The notes beneath the pieces were generated by a model, which had not been told where the DNA came from, ran no database searches, and saw nothing but the letters and a program-made list of their open reading frames with translations. A stretch of DNA of 64,000 nucleotides from Octopus sinensis. Lineage: Eukaryota. Shown piece after piece: positions 1 to 12,454 of the stretch (positions are counted from its first letter, which is position 1; every line of letters starts with the position of its first letter). The stretch covers positions 102,114,001 through 102,178,000 of the forward strand of contig NC_043002.1 of the NCBI RefSeq assembly GCF_006345805.1. Reading direction: 5' to 3'. Both the position numbers and the translations under genes were made by a program.

Positions 1-155
1 CAAAAGGTAAGTTATAGTTATTTTTATTGTATTTTACAGTAGATTTTATAAATGCATATATTATTTTATTGGATATAACTTTCTATATGTATTCCATACA
101 ACAATAAGAGTTGTAGTTCTATTGGTAAAATCCCAAATTTTAATATATACATAGA

Positions 156-222
<67 letters not shown>

Positions 223-551
223 ATTCGTCTCCAGTCGAAAGACGCCTGTTGTTCTGTTCTGCTATTATTATTATTATTGTTTATTTTTGTATTATTTTTG
301 TATTTATATTCGTGTAACATGGTACGTTTTTTCCGTCTTTGTTTCGTACACGTTCGAAACTTTTTTTCCAAGGAATCTAGTGCTCTTAGCTTAGTTTTTC
401 CTTGGGGCAGGCCCGATTGGAGCAATCTCAAGATTAATCAGCCGAAATTGCGAGGATGATCCGGTTCTTGACTGAAGATTAAAGGCTTCGGATGACCCGT
501 CCGTGTTTTTTGTATCGTCTTCTGGATGTTTTGCGTTCTTGTCCCATTTTG

Positions 552-587
<36 letters not shown>

Positions 588-1231
588 TGAGTGGTTTTGC
601 AATATTAGAGAATGAACTTTTCAAGGGTTTCTGTAATTGTTGATTTCTATACATTAGTCTTGGGTTGTTGCAACAATCTGAGTTTAACATAAATTAACAC
701 TATGTGAGAAACCTTGGCGAATATACATAATTATAAATATATATGAATGTATTCTAATGCATCCAGCATATGATACATGCCTGCAATTTTTCGGAGGATG
801 GAGAATGTTTATCTGATCGTTTATGGTCTCTTCATAGGTTTTCAATGCAAATCGGCGCAAGAATTCCGCCCCCCCCCCCCCCAACACTCTTTTAAAAATC
901 TTTTTTTTTTTCCGACACAAACCCCCTTTTTCGGCTACGGGGAATATAAATCTGCAAAAAAATTGGCAAAAATTACCACACCACCCCCATTTCCTTCTAA
1001 ATATTTCTGTAATACGGTTAGGGTTTTAGGGTTAGTGTTGGAAAAAAGTCAGAATTTAAGAAGTCAAGAAAGGGGAAAGAGGTGGGGAGGGTTTCACAAT
1101 GCCGATTGTTGGTAATTTTCCGCAAACGTATCCGAAAGCAGAATTTTGGCCAAAAAATTACAAAAGTAAACAAATTTGGGAGAAAATGGTGGGAGACGGA
1201 AGTCTTTCCCAAATCAGTTCATATAGTGTTC

Positions 1232-1282
<51 letters not shown>

Positions 1283-1384
1283 TGGGTGATGTCATGTGTT
1301 TATCTCATACATATCTGCGAAGTTTGGTACTCGAACATAAGTTCCCGGGATGATCTGACTGCTATCAAATAGTTTTGTGAGCAA

Positions 1385-1900
1385 ATATCTAAATTTTATC
1401 CTGGTTGGATAGGTGGTAGGTTGTGAAACGGGTGAAAGCGGAATGTTTGCAGTTTAAATTTTCGTTTTGTGCAGAGAAGTATTCACGGCATCTTCCCTGG
1501 TTTTCCAAACGCTCACTGTTGATCTGATGCTATTTAAATCTTTTGTACTGAATATCAGTCTGCCACTGATACTGGGCACTTTGTATTTGTTGGTCTTAAT
1601 TATATTGTGCAGGTTCATGCGAGGATTCTCCACGATTCTGTTTTTAACTCCAATATCATATCGGATAAATATGTTTTATACCATTTGTTCTTATCTGTAA
1701 ACGGATTTCACTCGTTTCGTGTATCTTTCCCATAAACTATTTCCAGTTATTCCAATATAATTTTCTATTATTGCATCCATAACTCTGATGGTATTTTATC
1801 GGCCCTTATTTGTGCATTGGTTTCGAGTACAGCTTGGACTGTTACCATAGATATTAATGTACTCACCTGAAAGTGTACTTTTATTTCCAATTCCTTATCA
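1385..1900 (-). mobile_element. Penelope-like element GIY-YIG endonuclease remnant
   Basis: Reverse strand fragments ENYIGITGNSLWERY, YLSDMILELK..WRIL, KCPVSVA and KDLNSIRS. Confidence 0.55.
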
Positions 1901-3074
1901 CTTTTCAGAATAAGTAAGTTTTGCTTTCCTTTATTTAGATATGATGTCTGATCCAGTTATGTGCCCCTCGAAGGCATTCCAATGAGATCCAAAATACACT
2001 CGCTGATGGTCTTATTTCTTCCTTACATTTAGCTGAAAACGAAAATGTTCATTACAGGCGACTTACCATCACTATTTTAATTACATATATCTAAATTAGT
2101 GATTCTTCTCTGGTCAAACTAAAGCGTCCGCTCACCCACCCCTCTTTCGCGAGGGCGCATTCTTTTGTCATATTCGTTTAGAGCAAGTTGTTTTACACAT
2201 ATTACACTGTTTTTTATTTTTGTGCCCGGATCAGACCCTCAGACGATTTCGGAAATTCATGATGTGGATTTTGCGAGGCCTCTCCCCCACCCCCCTTTCG
2301 CGAGGGCGCATTTTTTTGTCGTATTCGTTTAGAAGTTGTTTTACTCCTATTACACGATTTGTTTTTATGACCGAGTCAAACGCTTTAGTTTGACCTCTTC
2401 TCTTCCAAGGAAAATCACATGACATAAATACCAGACAATTCATCCTCAAGTTAAGTATTTCTCTCTTATAAGACAATATACTGGAAATTCTCTGAAGAAG
2501 TATAATGAAGGGTCCTGGTTTGAATCATTACGTTCATAAATCAGTTCAATCCAAGCGAAATTGTAGTTAAAAAATAACAAAACAGCGTGGACGAGCGAGT
2601 AAGAGTTGCTAACACAAACTGATTGCTTGCTATGCTACAAAATAACAGTGAAACATCACCTAAATCACCCACTAAAATCTTACGAACAGGAAGGATTGAC
2701 GTTTTAAAAATATATAAGTTTAGAAACCGGCATGGCTGTGTAATTAAGATTTCGCTTTCCAGTCACGTGATTTCGGGTTCAGTCCCACTGCACGGCAGAA
2801 GGGAATTATGTGGAAGCCCGCCTGACTTTTACGCTCGCGCGCTCTCACACACGTACACACACACGCATATACAACAGTGCGAAAAACGTGGAGAATGTAT
2901 ACGCAGAATAATCATTGTATTTTTTATAATAGTCAATCTATGTTGCCTACGCGTGTTTCGGTTTAATTAAATCCATATTTATGCAATTAAATTGCTTTAT
3001 GAATCCGAGAAAGGAAAAACCTTCATCATAGCAAAAAGTAGAATTTGTTACTTTTTCATACATCCTAACAAATG

Positions 3075-3343
3075 GAGAGCTGTGAGTTCGATTCCCGAAC
3101 CGGCCTGTGTGTTGCGTTCTTGAGCAAGACACTTTATTTTATGTTGCTCCAGCTCACTCAGCTCTGGAAATGAATGTCGGAGTTACCGGGGTCAAGATGT
3201 ATCAGCCCCTTTGCCTTTCCCATGGAGAGGGACAGGCTGGTATGCTTGGGTGACTGCTGGTCTTCCATACACAACCTTGCTCGGACTTGTGCATTGGAGG
3301 GGAACTTTCTAGGTGGAATTCTATGGTCATTTAGGACCGAAAG
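3075..3343 (+). mobile_element. tRNA-derived SINE family 1, partial
   Basis: B-box-like gagttcgattccc, then ttcttgagcaagacacttt; colinear with the copy at 24527-24863. Confidence 0.75.
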
Positions 3344-5364
3344 TTTTTTTTTTTATATATATTGTGCGGTAAAAGTACACCACTAGAATATCTAAAAACA
3401 AAGATTTTATACGAGAAACCATAAAAAGCCTTGTGAAATACATCTACACAGTGTTTCCTGACCGAAATATTAAATAATTTGATCTTCTATTTACTTCTGT
3501 CATTAGAATGCGGCCATGCTGGTGCACTGGTTTGAAAGACTGAGTCGAACACATATCATTCCAGTCTTGGTTTATATAACATATGATACTCCTAAGAGAT
3601 TGGTTGTATTTCCTGTGACGTTAATTATGTCCCAAGTATTAATCTCTGCCTTATTTCTAAATGCTCGTATTCACTCAAGTATTGGTTGCATCGACCACAT
3701 TTATTAAACCATATTGTTCTTTTGACCAGCTTCATAAATGGTGAAATAAATTATTTCACCAAGGAAACCGAGGGTGGTCATATTTCACAAAGCCGTTATT
3801 TTTATCATCGCGTGTCATATATTTTTTGCCCACTTATTCCTGGAAGGGTTGTGGTGACAGAATCCTCAGGCCCGCGTTCCAATGGATCTCCTATGCGGGC
3901 CCAACCGATCTCCTGAATGTTTTGCAACCATTTTCCTTGCGGTCTATTCCGCTTGGGTTTGCTACTAAAACCTGTTCAACGATTATTTCCTGGGATATTC
4001 TTACTACTTCTCCTTAATATCGGACCCGTGATGATTTCTCAGTTTAGAGAAGTAATGGCTCCACACACAGCACCCACTTCATCTCCGAGCTACGCAGATT
4101 ATCGAATAACGTTATCTATTAAGACCTTGAGGAGGGAACCGATTTCTGCCGTTTTTTTTCGCATCGCATTTTCTCGGCCACTGACCAAAATAAGAGCAGG
4201 CTCGAACACCCAACAGAAGATAGCAAATTTGGCTTTTATACCTCATTCTCTTCTTCAGATGATCGATCACTGAAGCTGTTGATTGATTGCGCCTGCTTTT
4301 GCAATGCCTCCCTTCATTCGTGAACACGGGCTCCCAAGTTACCTGAACTTCTAAACCTGCTTCCGCCAAACTCCACTGACATGGAGTAAACTTTGCAGGA
4401 GAAGTGTTTCAGTTTTCGCGGCACATAATTTTCAGCAGTAGATCGATCAAAAGCATTTGCATGTCGGAGATCACTATCCGACAACTCGTCTAATACCCTG
4501 TTGTCTGCCAATTCCAGCAGATCAATCCTACACCGACGGGCTCGATTCCACTTCCAAAACGGTCGTTCATGTCAAACCTGTCTATGAATTCCCAATGTGT
4601 TTGCGTATGTGTGTGGAGAGGATGGCTGTGTTTGTGTACGTGTCTGGTCCTCCCGACCGCTTGTCAACCAGTAATAGTTCGTTTAAAACACCACAATTTA
4701 ATGATCAAACAAAAACCTAAATAAAATTTGCACCAGGCAGTGAAATATATACTGGGACGAATTGGTTCGACTTCATCTTACAAGGTGGTGCTCCAGCATG
4801 GCCGTAATCCAGTGATTGAAACAACCGATAAAAGAACAGGGAGTACGATATACACTGAACGTTTGCTACCCGTCAGCTGAACCGGTCTCTTGGCATGAGG
4901 AGCGTATGCCGGACAGTAAACACCAGAAAATTTTCTGCGTCGCTTGAAATGACGACCGTACCTGCCAGCAGCCGGCGTCGCTCGAACCTACATTCTCGTT
5001 GATAGAATCTCCATCTTTTGTACCACTATATTACGTTATCTCAGCACTCTTACAGAAGGTTAAACTTTCAGTCCAAATCTATGTAAATTAATTCCACCAT
5101 TGTTTCCAGCATGGACGGAACGTTTGGCACGTAGAATATTCTATTTAGGTTGAAGTTGATGAAAGTCTAAGAAAAAGGTAAGTATTCACTTTTTCGTTAG
5201 TTTTATGCTGGCCAACAATTTCTGGACACTTGGCAATATGGCCGCTTCATCAGTCAACTGGACGTATTTATTTACACATGCAACCACACGCATTCACACA
5301 CAGAGATATGCAGACACATATAATACTATATACGCATATGTATGTGTGTGTGCATGAAAGTACA

Positions 5365-5395
5365 CACATATATATATACACACACATACACACTA

Positions 5396-5441
<46 letters not shown>

Positions 5442-5450
5442 TACACACTA

Positions 5451-5523
<73 letters not shown>

Positions 5524-5534
5524 TCTCTCTCTCC

Positions 5535-5595
<61 letters not shown>
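5365..5595. repeat. Compound (CA)(CT)(TA) microsatellite repeated three times
   Basis: Three successive blocks of CA, CT and TA runs with variable lengths. Confidence 0.85.
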
Positions 5596-6885
5596 AAACG
5601 AATGTATAAGTGTGGATTTCAATCGATAAGACAAGGTTCGATACTTCTCTCAGGAAACTCGCTTCACTTCTAGAAATCTTCATAAATTGGTCAGCCTGAA
5701 TATCTGGGTGTGTGTGTGTATGTGTACGTGCGCGTATGTTTGTGTGTGTGTTTGTTTGTGTGTTTGTGTGTGTGTACGGTCACCTTTTTGTGTGCACGTT
5801 ATACTTCAACTCACATAACTTTGTCTTTTATTACATAAAGCCACATGAAGGCACATACATACACGCATATACACATATACACACACATACACTCACACAT
5901 ACTCACACCATATTCAAACACACACATACTCAAACACATACCCACACAGATATGCACACATATACACACACACATACACACATAGTCGTGGACATATATA
6001 CTTATGCATTGAACCGTTTATGTTTGCAAGAATAAGCAACGCGAAAACCTAACGAATATTGCAAGTAACATGCTTACATTAGCTTTATTGCATTGTGCAT
6101 TCAGTGCATACTGTGCACTCACTGTGCTGCATTGTGCATTCATTGCACGCTGCTTGACAATCCTGCATAGTAATATGACTGTGTGGTCAACATGAAAGTT
6201 AGTGTTGCAGGAGAATGCCTCCACATCAATGCAGAGTGAACATTATTATCAACGTTGCTGCTATCTCATTCCATATCAATAATGCACTCACTAAGTATAC
6301 AAGTAGAGGCTTATTCAAATGTATGCAGTGGGTCTGTGTTGGTGTGTAAACGTGTGTGTGTGTGTGTGTTGATGCCTGCATTTTTTTTATGTCAGTCTGA
6401 ATATAAGTATATCTAAAAGTATCCATTTTTATTCTCCACATTTTTATTCTCTCTCTTGATATACATGTATGTGTCTATCTCTCGCTCTGAGTCTCTCTCT
6501 CTCTCTCTGTCTCTCTTTGTATACACATACATACATATCACTATATCGGTATTCTTTTTTCGAAAAGGTGAATCTCGAAGGCAATAAAGCTATAAATAAT
6601 AATAGCGTATAAATATTGGATTAAAGGCGCCTACCATTTTCACATGAATTGCGAGATCGAATCCCGTGGCGTTCGTTCGAATTTTTCTATCCAAATGATA
6701 TTAAAGCAAGTTGTTAATTAAAGGTTTTGATTTGTGAATGCACGAGGCTGGGCAGGATTTTATTAGGTGCCTTATCTCACAGAACAGTTCATGTGTGCAG
6801 AGCTTGTAGATTTTTTGGCAATATAAGGCACGTTATAAAAAGCCACCTTTTCACGCGTCTTCACAACATGAAGCCATATATAAAG

Positions 6886-7334
6886 AAGGCAGAGAGCTGG
6901 CAGAAACGTTTGCACGCCGAGCGAAATGCTTTGTGGTATTTGGTCCGCCGCTGCATTCTAAGTTCAAATTCCGCCGAGGTCGACTTTGCCTTTCATCCTT
7001 TCGGGGTCGATAAATTAAGTACCAGTTACGCATTGGGGTCGATGTAATCGACTTAATTCGTTTATCTGTCCTTGTTTACCTGTCCTCTCTGTGTTTAGCC
7101 CCTTGTGGGTAGTAAAGAAATACGTTAGCGCACCAGGTGAAATGTTTAGCGGTATTTCGTCTGCCGTTATGTTCTGAGTTCAAATTCTGCCGAGGTCGAC
7201 GTTGCCTTTCACCGTTTCGAGATCGATTAAATAAGTACCAGTTACGCACTGGGGTCGATGTAATCAACTTAATCCATTTGTTTGTCCTTGTTTGTCCTGT
7301 CTGTGTGTAGCCCCTTGTGGGCAGTAAAGAAATA
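6886..7334 (+). mobile_element. Tandem pair of SINE family 2 copies
   Basis: Two colinear units (6886-7122, 7123-7334) with gagttcaaattccgccgaggtcgac..aagtaccagtt..ggggtcgatgtaatc and tail agccccttgtggg-agtaaagaaata. Confidence 0.85.
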
Positions 7335-8612
7335 AGAAACCATAAATAACCCTCAGGTTTCTGTGTGTATAATTTTGTACTTGTGTGTGTATGAACCTGC
7401 GTTTATGAATATTATAAAGCGTAGTGGGTCCCAAACCTTTCTTTGAGAGGTTCTGTGACACCAACATGCTCTGGCCATCAGGAAATATTCAATTTATTGC
7501 AGAAGTATTATGTTGACCACTTTTGACAGGAAAGTTTTGCGGTTGACACTACTGACAAAGTCTTTGTTGAAGTGAAGGAGAAGAGTATATCTGTTTGCTT
7601 CTTCGAAAACCTTCTATAAAACTTTTAGAATTATGTAGGAACGGTTTGAAGCTGTTTTTACCGTAACGAAAGTTATATCGGTTGGAATTTCGGACATAGC
7701 ATTCTATATAGATTCTGTATTTATTTTTGTATTTGATCCCTCCAGCGTTTCGAATATTTCGTTGATAAGAGAGGTAAGTGGGATCTGTTGATAGATAAGT
7801 GCAAGTAACATGACTCTATTTTTGCAGTATGGGATGATAGTTTGAGATGGGAAGAAATCCAGTCTATAGCCTGCGTGTAACGATTTTCTTCATAGATTAG
7901 CTAAACGCGATAGATTTGCACCTTGCGGCTGCACAAGTAGGGGCTACTAGCCTGTTCTGTTGACCCCATATGGTGTAAGATTTATAAACTTTTCCCGATA
8001 TGTTATGTAGATACAGAGCCTAGCAGAAAAAAATTGTCAACACTTCCATTCCAAATATTCTGTAGCGATGTCGTCCTTGAACTGCTGTGGCAACTTGTTG
8101 ATTCGCAAGTTCTTGAGGCATAAGATAAACAATGTGTATTGACTGGGAGACCGATTGTAAACATCTATTGGTTTGTCGGGCAAATATTAACCCTTATTGT
8201 CATATAAGTGTAGCCTCAACTGGTGGGGCACAAACGAGGCAATTATTACCTGCTTAAAATAGTAGCCAAATCTGTCTGAAGTAAAAACACTAATGTAAAA
8301 AAATGAAAGGAAAGTTAGCTAACGCAACCCCAAAGCATTAAGGAAGATGACATAGTCACAGCTAGAATACCGTTGGGTTACAAAATTCCTGAATAATAAC
8401 TTATTTTAGAATCAGTAATATTATAAAACCATAAAAAAATTATGGCAAATATAAGAAGCAAAAATAGGAAAACAACAACCATGAGAACAACAGCAACCAC
8501 AATAAGATACAAACCAACAACAACAAACACAAATAAAGCAAAAGCAAGAAAACACTGCATTAAGTGATTAGTGAGAGTCTTTCCGATACGATAAAATTGT
8601 TGTAGACAGGCT

Positions 8613-9023
8613 GGATCTTTTCGGTTTGAACGGCAGTTTTTAAAATAATTTCCACGTAACTAAACACTTTTAAACTTCTTATACTGGTAGAATGTGTTTA
8701 TAAAACATCTTTTTCTCTTGGCTTTATTGAGAAAATTCTATAGTTTGTAAGATATTCGTTGTTTTTTTTCTTCAATTTCTGCAATTTCAACCAATCAAAT
8801 ACGTGTATGGAGGTAAAAAAACATTCTGTGACGTATGAATATGTCCCTCGTTTAAGAAACAGATTGGGTTTAATTACATTTGTGTAGAAAAAAAGATACC
8901 CTTCCTCCACCCCTAAGCCTAAAACAGATTGAATTGCAAAAGATCGATACTGTGGTCATAATTATGGGTGACACTTTCATATGACGCCGCTAGAAAAAAC
9001 TGCCGTTCAAACCGAAAAGATCC
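8613..9023. mobile_element. Non-autonomous DNA transposon (MITE), Merlin-like
   Basis: Perfect 28-bp terminal inverted repeat ggatcttttcggtttgaacggcagtttt starting with GG; exact 8-bp TSD gacaggct (8605-8612, 9024-9031). Confidence 0.85.
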
Positions 9024-9654
9024 GACAGGCTTTCCGACCGCAATATTCCTGTCTTATATTTAAAATATTGTTTATATTGTGAACACCTTTATTTAATATG
9101 GTCTGTTTGTAAAATTGCATGATTTTATTTGAATGAGATTCAGTCGATTTTTCAATAGTCTTTGGACTGAGGCCATGTCGGGGTATCGCGTTGTAAGTTT
9201 TAGTGGTAGAAAATCGAACCAAGTATTTACTTATCGTTGTATGGTACATGTTCTGTCGGTCACTTTTGCTGAAACTTTTAAGATAGAGGAACGTAAGCTA
9301 ACAGCTGTTGTTAAGCGGTGGGACGATACAAACACACAGACACACGAGCACACACACAAACACACACACACACATATTATATATTATATATGCGTGTGTG
9401 TCTATACATGTATGTATGTATGTGTGGACACGACAGGTTTCCTCGCTGTTTACGTTTACAAAATTCAATCACAAGTCCATGGTAGGCCCGTGACTATAAT
9501 GCAAACACTTCCCAATTGCACAAGATGCCACAAAGTGGAACTGAACACCAAACCACTTCGTTGCAAATCGAGCTTTATAGACACATGCCGCACCTGCGCA
9601 GAAATAATATTTTCACATAATATTTTTTTTTTATTCTTGTTTTTTATGTCTTTA

Positions 9655-9792
9655 CGTTCTTAGTTCAAATCCCGCCGAGGTCGACTTTGGATTTCGGGTC
9701 AGTAAATTAAATACCAGTTGCGTACGGGGTCAATCTCATCGACTGGCACCTTTCCCCAAAAATTTCGGGCCTTGTGCCTACAGTAGAATAAG
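9655..9792 (+). mobile_element. SINE family 2, 5'-truncated, alternative tail
   Basis: Same central body; tail cgggccttgtgcctacagtagaataag. Confidence 0.7.
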
Positions 9793-10739
9793 GAAGAATA
9801 CAATCTGGAAAATAAGAGAAACCTACGAAGCAGTAGTGATTCGGAAAAAAAAAAAAATTAAAAGTTTACCCTTTTTTTCCCTAATTACTAATGTAGGGTC
9901 CTTTTTTTTAAATTTTATACCTACATTTCGTATTAAAATCAAACTGACCAGCATTTTTCATTCGATACCCAAAACTGAAAGTAAAAGCAATACATCAAAC
10001 TTTTTCCCTCTAATTTTTGTTTACCATAAATGTCTTTGAAAATTATTGCTAAGACAGTTTTAAATTGTTTTGCTTCACTTCACTTAATATTCTCTGGTGT
10101 TATTCTAAAGAAAAATCTGAAAAAATTAAAACAATAGTTTATTTATGCAGACACAGGCAACATTTTAACCGTCACCAACTTTCATGCATTTTTATTTCAT
10201 TTAAAGCGGTTAACACTCATGTCTTTACATTTTAATGCATATATTTCCATATGTAATGAATGCACAAAACTTTTTTTCCGCCGTTTTATAATACCATTAA
10301 CAATGGCTATTGCTTTCTAAGTGCAGACGACTTCTTTCTCCGAGTGGTTGCATGTTAGCATGCGGAAATGGAATTATTGTTTTTATTAATTTTGAAAATT
10401 CTATGTACAGATGACATATTGATAGAAATGTTTGACTGTTGGACATTTTGCTGATGTTATAAACCTGCGACCGCCGGTTCAAATAGCAACTGTGGATGGA
10501 CCGGTGCAGGGATAATTTTTCCATCGCTGTTAAATTAATACGTAATCTGAGTGTGTGTCGAAAGCATTGTGTTTAGTGCGTTGCTTTCAAGATCGAAATA
10601 TCACAGTTTCTACTCACGAACGGATCGTTGAGCTCTTGATCAAAACGCTTCATTCCACGATGCTCTGCTATTTCTTTCACAACTGACGCATAGCAAGCCA
10701 TGCTCATCTATACAGACAATTTCCATTTTGATGGACGGT

Positions 10740-11840
10740 GTTTTCTTTAATATAAAAGTGCTGAGTTACAATGAATATATTTCCTCGCTTTACGGAAACG
10801 AGTAACGTTTTCTTTAACGTAAAAGTGCTGAGTAACAATGAAGATATTTCCTCGCTTTACGGAAACGAGTAACGTTTTCTTTAACGTAAAAGTGCGGAGT
10901 TCAGCAGGGGAAATTCATCAATACAAACAAATCGTTTGTGCAGGTTTTTCAGCAGAATTTTACAGAAACCTCACCAGTCGCTTACGGCGGTTGAGATGAC
11001 TATTGGCATGCGGTTAAGGAGTTCGCATCTTATCTACTTCGATATCCACCTACAACACCTTGAACAGGTGGTTTCTGTCACAGTCACCTGACGACCATGC
11101 GAGGGAAATCAAGAGCACAGAAAATGTGAGGGGTTTGGATGGAAGGATGATACAACAAAGCCAGTTCAGGTTTCGATTACGTCTGTGAGTCCATTTGGAG
11201 ATCACTCTGTAACCATAAATGTTTCCTCGCTTTACGGAAACGAGTAACGTTTTCTTTAATGTGAAAGTGTTGAGTAACAATACATAAATGTTATTCCTGT
11301 TCTAAATTTAAGAGATGAGGAATTATGTACATTATTTACATGCCCTCCAGCCTTCATAAGGTCCGTCAAATGTAAATAATGTAAATAAGGTTTCCTTGCT
11401 TTACGGAAACGAGTAACGTTTTCTTTAAAAGTGCTGAATAGCAAAAAATGGTTTCCTCGCTTTACGGAATCGAGTAACATTTTCTTTAATATAAAAGTGC
11501 TGAGTTACAATGAATATATTTCCTCGTTTTACGGAAACGAGTAACCTTTTCTTTAACGTAAAAGTGCTGAGTAACAATGAATATATTTCCTCGCTTTACG
11601 GAAACGAGTAACGTTTTCTTTAACGTAAAAGTGCTGAGTAACAATGAAGATCTTTCCTCGCTTTACGGAAACGAGTAACGTTTTCTTTAACGTAAAAGTG
11701 CTGAGTAACAATGAATATATTTCCTCGCTTTACGGAAAAGAGTAACGTTTTCTTTAACGTAAAAGGGCGGAGTAATAATGAATATATTTCCTCGTTTACG
11801 GAAACGAGAGAGGTTTTCTTTAACGTAAAAGTGCTGAGTA
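10740..11840. repeat. 67-bp minisatellite array with two non-repeat interruptions
   Basis: Unit tttcctcgctttacggaaacgagtaacgttttctttaacgtaaaagtgctgagtaacaatgaa(t/g)at(a/c); unit starts at 11586, 11653 and 11720; interruptions ~10900-11215 and ~11285-11385. Confidence 0.9.
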
Positions 11841-12289
11841 ATGCGTTTAATAGATTAATCATCGTTGTTGCCTTAAAATAAAAGAATATTTCTTAGTGTT
11901 TACACGAGAAATATTTTAGGAATGGGTCCCAATACATGATTATAATTACAATGATCTGTGCTCCATTCCTTTCATTCTCCAGACACAGAATTCGGGAGGT
12001 TATATTATTTTTTCATTTTACAAATTATTTTTTGACAATTTTGTAATGTTCAGTTTTGACAATATTAATTGTAAAATAGTAATTTCTTTCGCTATCGATA
12101 ACCACAAATTAGATTTTTATTATTCTTGACTGCAAAGTCCAGGTAGAATTTGTATTAGTTAGTTTCTAAAACTATTTCGTTTACAATGCTGCTAAATATT
12201 CGAAATATTTGAAATCAACATTTTTGGATATGAACATGAAAGATTGTTCTTCGTTTTGTACATTATAATTTTATCATCATCATCATCAT

Positions 12290-12435
12290 CATTATTGGGA
12301 GTTTTAAATTGTTTCATTTTTAATCGTGTTTTTTTTATTTACACATTGTAAAACCCATTGTATCGTCTTGTTTTTGTCTTTTATGTTGTGTGTTTTAATG
12401 TAATTTTATGTAAGCCCTTGTGGCTAATAAACGAA
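12290..12435 (+). mobile_element. 3' end of a further L1/Tx1-type element ending in (TTA)n
   Basis: T-rich tract ending agcccttgtggctaataaacgaa, nearly the same as the array terminus agccctgtgtggctaataaagaa. Confidence 0.5.
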
Positions 12436-12454
12436 TTATTATTGTTATTATTAT

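Noticed and set aside
410-500. Second hammerhead ribozyme (gaaa..ctgaaga)
   Set aside because: Stem II cannot form next to the core motifs.
1016-1036. Interstitial telomeric repeat (ttaggg)
   Set aside because: Only two imperfect units in a low-quality-looking region.
3690-4720. Decayed retroelement coding region
   Set aside because: Composition suggests an old element, and one reverse fragment (PSGID..GKWLQNI) loosely recalls R4 RT, but no diagnostic motif could be established.
10740-11840. CRISPR-like repeat-spacer array
   Set aside because: Units are mostly contiguous 67-mers, the two interruptions are irregular and long, there are no cas genes, and the context is eukaryotic.
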